Shown here one piece after another: positions 29,946-40,119 of a stretch of 64,000 nt of DNA. Each line of letters begins with the position of its first letter. Within the stretch, counting starts at the first letter, position 1. Location of the stretch: NCBI GenBank assembly GCA_963691875.1, contig OY829846.1:1440001-1504000 (forward strand), read 5' to 3'. The translations under genes and the position numbers were made by a program. The notes under the pieces were generated by a model. It was not told the DNA's origin. It did no database searches and saw only the letters and a list, made by a program, of their open reading frames with translations. Source of the DNA: Aureliella sp. (lineage in GTDB: Bacteria; Planctomycetota; Planctomycetia; Pirellulales; Pirellulaceae).

Positions 29946-30449
29946 CTAAACGGCGACGGCTTGCATTTTTGCCGCGGGGACGACCTCTCTGCTTGGTACG
30001 TGCTGCAATTCGTGGACCCGATGTTCTGCATTTCGAAGGCGGCGACTTACTTCGCGGCCCATGTTCATCATGATTATCGCATACTGCTCAAGGTCTTTCT
30101 TGTAGAGTTCAAACAGCTGTCGGCGATGAACTTCTAGGGCCACGCTGTTGGTGATCGCTTGGACACTCGTAGCTCGTGGCATGAGGTCGATCAGCGACAT
30201 TTCGCCGAAGCAGTCGCCTTCATAGAGCCGCGAAAGTACGATGTCAGTGTCGCCTTTGATTTTCTTGCAAGCAACGGCGCCTTCGATGAGCACGTACAAG
30301 TGGTCCCCAGGCTGGTTCTCGAGATAAAAATACTCGGCAGGTTCGCGTTCAACCAAAGTTGCGGACAAGACAAGCATCTTCAAAGACTCGTCCTTCAGTC
30401 CAGCAAAGACAGCCATGCGTCGAAGCGAATGCAGATAAGTCTGAGGCAT
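29946..30449 (-). CDS. Stand-alone cyclic nucleotide-binding domain protein
   Basis: PGDHLYVLIEG, GDCFGEMSLIDLMPRATSVQA and the C-helix; no HTH. Confidence 0.85.
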   Translation of the reverse strand: MPQTYLHSLRRMAVFAGLKDESLKMLVLSATLVEREPAEYFYLENQPGDHLYVLIEGAVACKKIKGDTDIVLSRLYEGDCFGEMSLIDLMPRATSVQAITNSVALEVHRRQLFELYKKDLEQYAIIMMNMGREVSRRLRNAEHRVHELQHVPSREVVPAAKMQAVAV

Positions 30450-30754
30450 GAGTTAGTTGGAAATTTAGTGGGACGAGAGATCGTGCGTCGACATTAAGAC
30501 CTCTCATCGACCGTCGCCGCCAATGCTTGCAAAAGAAACTGGCCAAATGGTTTAAAAAAACAAAGGCTTGCTGCCTGTCTTGACGGCTTACAGTCAAAAC
30601 CGCTAGTTTGTGATTTCACGGCGTCTAGTTCACGCAAACTGGTCTCCCCTTCTGAAGCATTCAGGAAGTTGATGACTAGGATGAGCGTGGAAAACGCCGA
30701 TTGTCAGGCCCATTCGCGGGCTAAAACATCACTCTTGCGGTCAAGGATGACCTT

Positions 30755-31927
30755 ATGTCGGGCAATGATGCCACCGTCACTACGCCAGTCCCTTTGCTGG
30801 ACGTTTCTCGATCCAACTCTTCCATTCGCGATGAAGTGCTCGCTGCAATTGCAGAAGTTTACGATAGCGGGCGATTTCTCTTCGGTCCTCCTGTCCAACA
30901 ACTTGAGCAAGAGTGTGCTAACATCAGCAACACTCAATATGCAGCCGGTTGTGCATCAGGAAGCGATGCTTTGCTGCTATCGCTGATGGCACTTGGGATA
31001 GGTCCGGGCGACGAAGTGATTTGTCCGAGCTTCAGTTTCTTTGCTACTGCTAGCTGTGTCTCTCGGTTGGGCGCGAACATTGTTTTTGCGGATGTTGATC
31101 CCAACACGTACAATATCGATCCAGCCGATTTCGAAGCCAAAGTGACAACCCGCACTCGCGCGGTCATTCCGGTGCACTTGTTTGGTCAATCGGCAGCCAT
31201 GGACCGCGTTTGCAGCATCGCTGCTCAGCATGAGATTCCGGTCGTCGAGGATGCGGCTCAAGCAATCGGTGCGGCTTATCACGGTCGGCCTGTCGGAAGC
31301 TGGGGCCAAATAGGCTGCATCAGCTTTTACCCGACAAAGAACTTGGGTGGTTTCGGTGACGGCGGAATGCTTGTTTCCAACAGTGAGATTTTAATCGATC
31401 GCCTGCGTTTGCTCTCCGGCCATGGCATGCGTCCACGCTACTACCATTCCGAAGTGGGCATCAACAGCCGACTCGACAGCTTTCAAGCAGCAGGTCTGAT
31501 GGTCAAAATCGGGCACTTGAACAGCTACACATCTAGTCGACGACAGAACGCTCAAACCTACAAGCGAATGCTGGGAGAGAGTAGCCTGCTTGGCGAGCAG
31601 ATCGAGCTGCCGTACGAAGATCCGGCCGCATTCCATGTATGGAATCAGTTCAGCCTACGAGTAACTGGCGGCCGCCGAGATGCCTTGCGAGCTCATTTGC
31701 AGAGCCAACAAATCGGCTCCGAAATCTACTATCCGATTCCTCTGCACCAACAAGAGTGCTACCGAGATCTGGGGTATCAGCGAGGCAGTTTGCCACACAC
31801 CGAAAACGCTTCCGAAGAGATCCTACACCTGCCGATTTTTCCGGAGCTTCGGGAGTCGGAGCAAGAGGCCGTGGTGAGTTGCATTCGCGAATTCTACGAC
31901 CAGCAATCTGCCCGCCGCGCAGCCTAA
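30755..31927 (+). CDS. DegT/DnrJ/EryC1/StrS aminotransferase
   Basis: ASGSDAL, IPVHLFGQ, VEDAAQAIG, SFYPTKNLGGFGDGG, NSRLD and YYPIPLH. Confidence 0.95.
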   Translation: MSGNDATVTTPVPLLDVSRSNSSIRDEVLAAIAEVYDSGRFLFGPPVQQLEQECANISNTQYAAGCASGSDALLLSLMALGIGPGDEVICPSFSFFATASCVSRLGANIVFADVDPNTYNIDPADFEAKVTTRTRAVIPVHLFGQSAAMDRVCSIAAQHEIPVVEDAAQAIGAAYHGRPVGSWGQIGCISFYPTKNLGGFGDGGMLVSNSEILIDRLRLLSGHGMRPRYYHSEVGINSRLDSFQAAGLMVKIGHLNSYTSSRRQNAQTYKRMLGESSLLGEQIELPYEDPAAFHVWNQFSLRVTGGRRDALRAHLQSQQIGSEIYYPIPLHQQECYRDLGYQRGSLPHTENASEEILHLPIFPELRESEQEAVVSCIREFYDQQSARRAA

Positions 31928-31952
31928 CTGTCGGTTGTTTAGTGTAATCCTG

Positions 31953-31981
31953 AAGGGAAGGTCTCGCGGCCTTCCCTTTTT
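31953..31981 (+). terminator. Intrinsic terminator after the DegT gene
   Basis: AAGGGAAGGTC-TCGC-GGCCTTCCCTT plus T-run. Confidence 0.75.
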
Positions 31982-32157
31982 GCGTTCCGCTGAACTTAGT
32001 CCGCGAGAGTGACGAAGAGTCAAACTTCACCCAGCTTGCCCAATCGCCTGACGAGACGCAAGGCGTTAGAATTGGTTTCCGCACGCCGTATGTGTTAGCG
32101 GCATCATGCCCCCTGCGTTGAGCTAAAAAACTCATATTTTCACGACTCTGGTGATTC

Positions 32158-33897
32158 ATGCGTTTCAATTCGATTCTTGTTGCGACCGTCGGCTTTTTCT
32201 GTTTGCTAACGCATTCGGCCCACAATTTCTGTATTGCTCAGTCGGAATCTTATCCCGTTCCGCCCGAAGCTCAGAAGCAGGCTGGCGTTCCGGAGGGCAA
32301 AATCCTTGGGCCCTTTGACTTCGAATCGCGAATTTTCCCTGGCACCAGTCGGCAATACCACCTGTATATTCCGGAGCAGTACGATGCTTCGAAGCCGACT
32401 CCCGTCATTATTGTGCAAGATGGCGTGAATCGGGCTCGCGGTTGGAAGCTACCTCAGATCCTCGACAATCTGATTCATGCGGAGCAAGTTCCGTCGATGA
32501 TTGGCGTCTTCGTACAGCCAGGGATAGTCAAGTCTGACAGCTCTGGTTCGCAACCTCGTTTCAACCGCTCCTTCGAATACGATTCGCTCGGTGACCGCTA
32601 TGCGCGTTTTTTACTTGAGGAGTTACTTCCCAAGATCAGTCAAGATTATAACTTGAGCCAGGACCCGAATGATCGCGCATTGGCAGGAGCGAGTTCCGGA
32701 GGTATCTGCGCTTTCAATGCCGCATGGGAACGCCCGGATGCATTTCGCCGTATCATCAGTACGATCGGCACTTACGTTGGGTTGCGAGGCGGCAATCAAC
32801 TCGCCGCTTTGGTTCGGAAGCATGAGGCAAAACCTTTGAGAGTTTTCTTGCAGGATGGTAGCAGCGACCTGAACATCTATGCGGGCGACTGGTGGACAGC
32901 GAATCAGGACATGCTTTCGGCTCTTAAGTGGGCTGGCTATGACGTCCAGCATGAGTGGGGGGAGGGTGGCCACAACGGAAAACACGGCGCAGCGATTATG
33001 CCTCAAGCGCTCAAGTGGCTATGGCGCGATTACCCTGAACCGATTCGTGCATCGGCGAATAAACAAGCCAAACGGCGTATCGAACTGCTGGTGGAAGGAG
33101 CTGGCTGGGATGAAGTGAGTAGTGGCCATGAGGCAGTGGAAGCACTGACGGCCAATGCTGGCGGCCAAATCTTCTTCAGCGACGCAAAGGCAGGGCGAGT
33201 TTATCGCATCGACCAAGACTTAAAGACTCGTATTTTTGCTGACCAAAGCTCCGACATCGTTGATCTTGCTTACTGTCCCGACGGCAACCTATTGGGGATT
33301 CAGGCCGGCGCGATTGTCAAATTCGGGCCGGATGGAAAGCTGCGTTCGTTTCTGCCTGAGACCCAGGCCGAGTGTTTGGTGAGCTTGCCGGAAGGTCTGT
33401 TTTACTATGATCGCGGTTTAAACGAGATTCAGTTCGCAACCTTTGATGGAAAAGTCAAAGAAGCCGGCGTGGTCGTAGCGCCACCGATCGCGATGACACC
33501 CACGGTGGACCATGCGTTTCTGCATAGCGTCGGTCAAACGCAAGCGACATATCATTCTGCGAATTTGGCGGGGGACCTCAAATATCACCAGGAGTATGGC
33601 TTCCTAGAAATGCCATATCTGCGAACGAAGAGCGGAGTCTCCGCTGCTGCGATGGATCGGGACGGCCTGCTTTATGTCTCGTCGACCGTCGGGGTGCAAG
33701 TACTTGACCAGCTTGGTCGAGTGAACTTTATCATTGCACCGCCTAACAGGAAACCGATCGAGGACATCGCGTTCGGTGGTGCGAATCTTGAATACCTTTA
33801 CGTGGCAACTTCCTCATCCGTTTTCCGCAGGAAATTCAACACGAAGGGAGTGGTTTCGTTCGCTCAGCCCATCGCTCCCCCCAAGCCAGGGCTTTGA
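32158..33897 (+). CDS. Exported esterase (Fes-like alpha/beta hydrolase) fused to an SMP-30/gluconolactonase-like beta-propeller
   Basis: NRSFEYD, AGASSGGICAF and GEGGH; C-terminal MDRDGLLYV..GVQVLDQLGRV..IAFGG. Confidence 0.85.
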   Translation: MRFNSILVATVGFFCLLTHSAHNFCIAQSESYPVPPEAQKQAGVPEGKILGPFDFESRIFPGTSRQYHLYIPEQYDASKPTPVIIVQDGVNRARGWKLPQILDNLIHAEQVPSMIGVFVQPGIVKSDSSGSQPRFNRSFEYDSLGDRYARFLLEELLPKISQDYNLSQDPNDRALAGASSGGICAFNAAWERPDAFRRIISTIGTYVGLRGGNQLAALVRKHEAKPLRVFLQDGSSDLNIYAGDWWTANQDMLSALKWAGYDVQHEWGEGGHNGKHGAAIMPQALKWLWRDYPEPIRASANKQAKRRIELLVEGAGWDEVSSGHEAVEALTANAGGQIFFSDAKAGRVYRIDQDLKTRIFADQSSDIVDLAYCPDGNLLGIQAGAIVKFGPDGKLRSFLPETQAECLVSLPEGLFYYDRGLNEIQFATFDGKVKEAGVVVAPPIAMTPTVDHAFLHSVGQTQATYHSANLAGDLKYHQEYGFLEMPYLRTKSGVSAAAMDRDGLLYVSSTVGVQVLDQLGRVNFIIAPPNRKPIEDIAFGGANLEYLYVATSSSVFRRKFNTKGVVSFAQPIAPPKPGL

Positions 33898-33988
33898 TTG
33901 CATGGAGAACAGTATTGCTGTCCGCTGTCGGGTTGTGAGGCCTCGTTTACTCTTCGAGTCGTGAGGAATCGCTCTTGATCGGCAGAGC

Positions 33989-34462
33989 CTAATGGTTGCC
34001 CTGGTTGACTCGTTGAAGCTCTTTTTCCACGCCTTGTCGAAGCCCATTTTGCTTATGTCCGATTTTTCGAATCGTCGAAGCAAGCTGCGAAGCGTACCGA
34101 TTGACGTAGACTTCACTGGTGATCGTCTCAGAGGCTTTTCTTTCCCTCTGTTTTGCCGCCTCCTCACGCCACTGCTCTTCGTCCTCCAGGGCTTGAGCAC
34201 GAATTCTTTCGTTTCTTTCCTGCTTTGCGAATGGCGTATAACCGGTTTCATTGCTGACTGATTCGGCAGGCTGTTGCGATATGTCGCCTTGTACTTTGTC
34301 CACCAACCGCATGAAGTAGCTGATGAATACGCAGCTGCAAAGGAGCAGAGAGCCAAGGCTCAGCCAAGTCACAAGATTTATTTGAGTTGCTCGCTTGGAC
34401 CGCGTGGGTTCAAGTTGGGTGTTCGTTTCGGAATTCATGAGATTGCGGTGCAAAAATGACAC
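33989..34462 (-). CDS. Hypothetical single-pass membrane protein with coiled-coil tail
   Basis: 157-aa ORF starting 16 bp after the vWA gene, with one hydrophobic helix. Confidence 0.5.
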   Translation of the reverse strand: MSFLHRNLMNSETNTQLEPTRSKRATQINLVTWLSLGSLLLCSCVFISYFMRLVDKVQGDISQQPAESVSNETGYTPFAKQERNERIRAQALEDEEQWREEAAKQRERKASETITSEVYVNRYASQLASTIRKIGHKQNGLRQGVEKELQRVNQGNH

Positions 34463-34478
34463 TCAGGTGCAACGTCCT

Positions 34479-35723
34479 CTATTGAGTAATGATGGTTGGT
34501 AGGTTGTTTGCGATCTCACGAAAGACTTCGATCAATTCAGCGCCAGTATCAGCGTGATAGTGTAACCCTCCTCCAATGTCAGCTACTGCCTGCATCCGAT
34601 TTTGGTCTGCACCTGCAGAGAAAGTGACAGTATGAATGGTGATGTCATATGTCCCGACATAGTCCTCAGCCACATCCACCGGATCGATGCCAGTGTTGTG
34701 CATACCATCGGTCATCACGATTACCGTTTTCGCTGCAAGTGGCCGGGCATAATTTGTATCGTAAAGAGTCGGTACGCCAGCTTGCATTCCGAGCCCGATA
34801 GCGGTCCAACCACCAGGACCGAGAGTTCCCAATTCATCGATGACGTCTTGGTAGTTGCTTTGTAACGGTAGATCGTTGGAGCCAGATGTCGAGTAACTGC
34901 TCAGTGACACCATTTCGGTCTGTACAGTCGTCTCTAACACTCCGAGAAAAACGCCCACCGCTAACACAAGATCATCCCAAGGTGTGTTGGGTGCATCTCC
35001 CAGCTGGTAGTACTGCTCCCAAGCCCAGGTCTGAAAACTGTTTGAATCCTGTCCTGAAGAATAGTAGTAGCTACCGTTATGCGTGTAGAGAATTCCGGCC
35101 TGTGCGGCCGCAGAGTACACGGAGTAATTCCAAGGGCTGTAGCCCGATGGCCAATCCCAAGTCATCCAACCCATGGAGCCCGAGCGATCCAGCACTAAGG
35201 CGATATCACGATCCACTTGCATCGCAACACTCTGGCTTGATAAGTCCACGAATTGAGGAAGCCCGAATCCTGGAAAGGGCATTTGCACAGGGCCGCCTCC
35301 ACCTGTCATACGATTTCCGGTAACACGCATAGCGTTGGCAGATACGGTGCCTGAACGAACGAGAGCTGTATCCTTCTGCTCAAAGCCGAAACGTTCGGAT
35401 CCGGTAAGTTTCTCAGAGAGCCCAAAGTGCACTTGCCCCGCTGAGTCAGCCGTGTCAAGAACGAGCGCTTCTCCGGAAACAGTGTTCATCGCTGCCGTGA
35501 TTCGAGCGACTTCCAAAGCTTGATCTACATCTTGCAGTTCACTCAGAGCTCGCCCTCCAGCCCGTGCAGCTGCGTCTGTTGAAATCATTAGTTCTGTTCG
35601 CGCAAGCTGTGCATAAGCCAAATTGATTGTCAGAGCAGCGACCGCAAATACTGCCGGCAGAAGAAAACACATCAACACCAAAATATTACCTTTTCGCGTA
35701 TTCTTGTTCATCTTGGTGTGCAT
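34479..35723 (-). CDS. TadG-like vWA domain protein
   Basis: N-terminal RKG-hydrophobic helix..DAAARAG (Tad N-terminus); MIDAS residues in DRSGS, GGWTAIG and MTDG. Confidence 0.88.
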   Translation of the reverse strand: MHTKMNKNTRKGNILVLMCFLLPAVFAVAALTINLAYAQLARTELMISTDAAARAGGRALSELQDVDQALEVARITAAMNTVSGEALVLDTADSAGQVHFGLSEKLTGSERFGFEQKDTALVRSGTVSANAMRVTGNRMTGGGGPVQMPFPGFGLPQFVDLSSQSVAMQVDRDIALVLDRSGSMGWMTWDWPSGYSPWNYSVYSAAAQAGILYTHNGSYYYSSGQDSNSFQTWAWEQYYQLGDAPNTPWDDLVLAVGVFLGVLETTVQTEMVSLSSYSTSGSNDLPLQSNYQDVIDELGTLGPGGWTAIGLGMQAGVPTLYDTNYARPLAAKTVIVMTDGMHNTGIDPVDVAEDYVGTYDITIHTVTFSAGADQNRMQAVADIGGGLHYHADTGAELIEVFREIANNLPTIITQ

Positions 35724-35786
35724 GGTGCATTCCTCTTCAAAAAATATCTCAAAAATGCTTTGGGTCCTCAGCTCTCAAGGCTTGCG

Positions 35787-36239
35787 TCAATTTCCGTTAT
35801 AAAATCCGTCGTAGCGTTCTGTTTTCATCGTACATTCAGCAACCATGTTTACTTGGCCTGAGAACTTGGCGATGATCAAAGAGTTCTGACTCATCGGAAC
35901 TTCGATGCGAACGGTAATGTCGTTATCTGAGTCGGATAGCCCATCGCCACCGTTAATAATGACATTTGCCCCCTGCGTTCCCATAGCATTTAAAATTCGA
36001 TTCGCTTCATCGATAGCTTCCTGCTCTGTGGCTCCTGGTACGAAACAGTCTCGGCAAGCAAAATAGGCTGCATCCTGCACCAGGTTTCGGATCATGTTTA
36101 GTCTGGCGAACTCAAGGCAGCCAAACAGCAGTAGGATAAAGATGGGAACCACAAGGGCGAACTCAACAAGCGTCGCAGCGCTACGATGTGATACACATCG
36201 GTCTCTGCGTCTTCGAGCTCTGCTTTTCAAATATCTCAT
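35787..36239 (-). CDS. TadE-like pseudopilin
   Basis: SAATLVEFALVVPIFILLLFGCLEFARLNMIRNLVQDAAYFACR; ATG at 36239 preferred as start. Confidence 0.88.
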   Translation of the reverse strand: MRYLKSRARRRRDRCVSHRSAATLVEFALVVPIFILLLFGCLEFARLNMIRNLVQDAAYFACRDCFVPGATEQEAIDEANRILNAMGTQGANVIINGGDGLSDSDNDITVRIEVPMSQNSLIIAKFSGQVNMVAECTMKTERYDGFYNGN

Positions 36240-36253
36240 CGGTGCACCTGATT

Positions 36254-36700
36254 CTATGGATTCGCAAACTCTTTTCTCAGAGTGACAGTTGCGGATACCG
36301 ATTTCCCTGCGAACAGCACGCCACCGATTACGGGCAAGTTGTCTGCGCAAGGCACTTGAACAGTGACAGTGATCATGTCCAAAGTGGCAGCAGAATCGAA
36401 TCCTGGTGAGCTGATGGTGACAGCATCACTGTTGAAGGTCACGCCACGTTCGGTGAGTACAGCTTCGGCTCTGGAAATTGCGTTCGCATTGGATCCGCCA
36501 CTCCGAATTCCAACGCGGCTACCTTCGTAGGCAGCTATCGTCAGTGTTTCCTTCAGGAACATGGCTGAGCACAGGTCCACGGTAGCAAACGTGACTGCGA
36601 TAAGTACTGGAATACAGAAAACGAATTCCACTGTCGCGACTGCACGCCTATGCACAGCAACGCCTGTTGCGCGGCGACGAATTAATCTATTGCCTCTCAC
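36254..36700 (-). CDS. TadE-like pseudopilin
   Basis: RRAVATVEFVFCIPVLIAVTFATVDL..LTIAAYEGSR. Confidence 0.88.
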   Translation of the reverse strand: MRGNRLIRRRATGVAVHRRAVATVEFVFCIPVLIAVTFATVDLCSAMFLKETLTIAAYEGSRVGIRSGGSNANAISRAEAVLTERGVTFNSDAVTISSPGFDSAATLDMITVTVQVPCADNLPVIGGVLFAGKSVSATVTLRKEFANP

Positions 36701-37255
36701 CAGCCACTCCTCGATGTTGCCCTAGTTGTGAGAAGTCTTCCTAGCAGAAGACTGTTAGAAACACTCGCCAAAAAGCCTGCTCGACGCCCTCACCGAGGCG
36801 GTGAATGGATCCCCCTTTGGACTGCCCCTAGAAGCTTATGTCAAATTTCCGCGGGAGAGCGATAAATTCTGGAGAGCAGAGTAGACCTCGGAATTACTGC
36901 AGCTATCCAGCAATATTGACTGGAAGCCAAGACGGTGGTCGGTGTCCCTATTCCCGAAACATAAGAGCTTCGGTTACCCACATAGATAGCGTGGACACGA
37001 TAGCGCATTTTACATACGACCATGCCCGTACTCACAAGCAAGAAGCTTGTTTCAACACGGTTGGCCTCATCCGCTAGCGTGGGACTCGGGCGTATCCCGT
37101 TGGTTGGGTGAGGCCGCCACCATGTTAGGTGACCGGCAGAAGAGCTACTACTAATGGAATGTGTATAGGCAAGGGACCACTGCTTGAAAACAAGCTTGGG
37201 GCAGGATCTGGCTTGCATTCGGTCCTAGAAGGCAGCTGTCGCTTCCCATTCCCTT

Positions 37256-39844
37256 CTATTCTTCGTCGTCGTAGATCAGCGTTCCCGTTTCCTTAACGAC
37301 TGGCTGCGGCCAATTTTGGCTCGTCAGCTTACTGCGTACAATCTGCCTTCCTTGTTGATCGTGTTGGACTTGGAAACGGAAAGTGTATTGATCGCGGTTA
37401 CGCATTTCCGGAATCGGAGCGAAGGTCAGGGTGCTGCCTTTGCTTTGATATTTGACTGGCGAATCTAGAACGGAGAGTAATTTTGCTCCCTTGGGCAGAT
37501 CGACTGCCAGCTGAACATTACGGTCAGACTCATTACCGACGTTGGTCACCTGCACGGAGTAAGTCGCAACCGAGCCGATTTCGATCGTGCCATCATCTTG
37601 GCCGACCGTGAATGCCAACTCAGAGAGCCCCCGAACCGCGACTTCGCTCTTGGATTCAACTTGAATACCGAGGTCGGCGGTTGCACCGAAGCTAATCACC
37701 TGCGTTCCCAAATCCACAGGTAGAACGGCAACTTCGATAGGAGCGGTTTGCCCAATCTGCAAGTCTTGCAAGCCCCAAGAGACTGAATGCGTAGCAGGAT
37801 TGTAGTGGCCGTTTGCATCTGTATTGTTGAACTTTAGACCTGCTGGAAGGTGCAGTTCAAACTCGAGGTTGGTGGCCGCTGCTGTGCCCGTGTTCTTCAC
37901 TGCGACCTTGTAGGTAGCTTGCCTCTCCAAGTATCGCACTTTCGGGCCAGTTATTGCAGCGACCAATTCAGGCGCGAGTACCTTTACCGGCAGCACCTTG
38001 TCTGCGCGGATCCCGTCAGCCGCAATAGCCCTGAACTCGCAATTTGCCGCACCTGGCTGGGAGGCGGAGCAGAACAACTCGATGCTACGTGACTCGCCAG
38101 GACGCAGCTCACCCACTGGGGCTTCGAGCTGCGTGTCGCCACTCTCATGCCGAAGCTGCGTAGGAATATCCGCTTCCAAGTTGACGTTCCTTGCCGTTCC
38201 TGTCCCAGTATTTCGCAGGTTAATCACAATCTTCTGGTTGCCTCCCAAGAGAACATCTTGGCTGGCCTGCAGGTCCAGTTCGAGTTTTGGCAAGGTGGCG
38301 ATGGATCGCATGGAAGCTTGTGCAGCGATTTGCACCGTGGCGACGCTACCAATCTCGCCCTGGATTTCTGGAATGATGGTGAGCGAGATGGTTCGCTTTT
38401 CTCCAGCGGAAATCTTACCCACGTCCCAGGTCAGCATTCCTTCCGGGCCTTCTTGGGCAGCAGGGATTGCCTTAACAAACTTGACGCCCCGTGGAATTCG
38501 ATCTAGCACTCGCACGCCGTGTGCTGTGGATTGGCCACGATTTTCAACCTCAATTGTAATTGTCGCCCGTTTACCGACTTGTACTTCCTCCGGTGCAACC
38601 TTGTTAATCATAATCACTGGACTTTGCGCACCGTCAAGAGATCGGCTACCAGGGCGGTTACTACTGAGGCTTGCTAGCCGGCCAACAGTTTCGGTTGCGT
38701 AGGATCCAGGCGCTGGACCGCTCGGCGTGGCAGCAGATGAGGTCGGTGCCGCAGGAAGCGGTTCAGCGTTTCGCGGCACCGAAACCGGCGCGACATTACT
38801 AGGCAGTGAACGCATCGGCAGGGCCGCTGGCCGCTGCGGAGCCGAGCTACTTGACCGCTGGGCAGATACGCTTGGCGGTAGAGCCGCGGGACCAAGATTC
38901 GTTTGCCCGACGGGAGCCGTTAGAACGGTCGCAGACATGACGCCGCGTTGGGTGTCGGACATATCGCTGACCTGAGAGGTAACGGGCGATTCTGCTGGCA
39001 GATGTGGAGGCATTGAAGGCGTTGCTGGCGGTTGAGCATAACCGTCCGTGACTGGCGGCGTAGTTGCACCAAGCGCAGTTGCGTTTCCACTACTAGAGAC
39101 TGGAATCGGAGCGGAGGAGCTTGGAGCACTCGGCGAGTCCGAAATCGCTGCGGAATGAGGACTTTCTGAATTGGACCCGATAGACGTGAGTTCTGCTGGA
39201 GCTTCTCTATCTGTAGGTAAAGCTGTTGGCGCGAGGGGTAGTGAGACGACTGGTGCTGGTATGCCAGAAGTAACGGTCGCAGCAGGTGGAGTACTCGTAG
39301 ATGACATGCCAGTCGAGCGCAAAGATGGCGGACCGCTGGTGTCCGCTTGGTCAAGATTCGGAAGAGCCGGTAAGCTTGCCGGTGCCGAAGCAGCTGCGTC
39401 TGGCGCTGGCGCTTCCGGCAGCCATGCTGGTCTCTCGGGAGCGGTTGTCGGCAAAGAAAGGGCCGGGGCAGCAACATCATTCGAAGCACTCGTGCCTGGC
39501 AGAGGTGGAACATCGGAAATGCTGCCACGCAGGGGATTAGAGTCGCTCGATTCCGACTCAGATGGGACGCTTAGCGCAGTGTAAATGGAGGGCTGCTCAT
39601 TGTTTGCACGAACGATGGGCGGTGGGATATCCAACGACCGAGATCTCCGGGCGGATGCGAGGTCAACCTGGGGTCCCCACGACGACTCGACGGCAATGGG
39701 CTCTTGGTCGACTGGCTCTTTGGGCGTCATCGCAGAGGTTTCGCGCGGTCGATTGCGCGAATCGTGCTGCGCGAGTGCGATTGCACATGCACCTAAAACG
39801 ATACATCCACCAATTGAGGCAAGGCGTGTGCTGGTTTTTTTCAT
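37256..39844 (-). CDS. DUF11-repeat protein (chlamydial OmcB-like) with long Pro/Ser-rich linker
   Basis: Repeats KVAPEEVQVGKRATITIEVENRG, LRNTGTGTARNV, GPKVRYLERQATYKVAVKNTG and YSVQVTNVG. A signal/anchor begins at MKKTSTRLASIGG, so the ORF-track extension to 40261 is probably non-coding. Confidence 0.85.
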   Translation of the reverse strand: MKKTSTRLASIGGCIVLGACAIALAQHDSRNRPRETSAMTPKEPVDQEPIAVESSWGPQVDLASARRSRSLDIPPPIVRANNEQPSIYTALSVPSESESSDSNPLRGSISDVPPLPGTSASNDVAAPALSLPTTAPERPAWLPEAPAPDAAASAPASLPALPNLDQADTSGPPSLRSTGMSSTSTPPAATVTSGIPAPVVSLPLAPTALPTDREAPAELTSIGSNSESPHSAAISDSPSAPSSSAPIPVSSSGNATALGATTPPVTDGYAQPPATPSMPPHLPAESPVTSQVSDMSDTQRGVMSATVLTAPVGQTNLGPAALPPSVSAQRSSSSAPQRPAALPMRSLPSNVAPVSVPRNAEPLPAAPTSSAATPSGPAPGSYATETVGRLASLSSNRPGSRSLDGAQSPVIMINKVAPEEVQVGKRATITIEVENRGQSTAHGVRVLDRIPRGVKFVKAIPAAQEGPEGMLTWDVGKISAGEKRTISLTIIPEIQGEIGSVATVQIAAQASMRSIATLPKLELDLQASQDVLLGGNQKIVINLRNTGTGTARNVNLEADIPTQLRHESGDTQLEAPVGELRPGESRSIELFCSASQPGAANCEFRAIAADGIRADKVLPVKVLAPELVAAITGPKVRYLERQATYKVAVKNTGTAAATNLEFELHLPAGLKFNNTDANGHYNPATHSVSWGLQDLQIGQTAPIEVAVLPVDLGTQVISFGATADLGIQVESKSEVAVRGLSELAFTVGQDDGTIEIGSVATYSVQVTNVGNESDRNVQLAVDLPKGAKLLSVLDSPVKYQSKGSTLTFAPIPEMRNRDQYTFRFQVQHDQQGRQIVRSKLTSQNWPQPVVKETGTLIYDDEE

Positions 39845-40119
39845 TCTTCGACATCCATGTCGGCCAGATCTGAATAAGGGAACCTGCAAGAAAGCGGTTC
39901 TAGTCGTGTGGCCGCGAGGCTTCATACTGAGGCTATTGGACACTACGATCATCGTGTTGGTAGCAAATTCGAAAGTCGGCTGATAGTGCAAATACAAGCT
40001 CGGGAATGTCATGAGAAAATACGAGGTGTAAACCACGCATTCTCCTTTACCGGTCCTATAGTTCAGTGTTGCTAGACACTGCCATGGAAAGCACTCTGCC
40101 TGAACACAAGACGGGGAGA

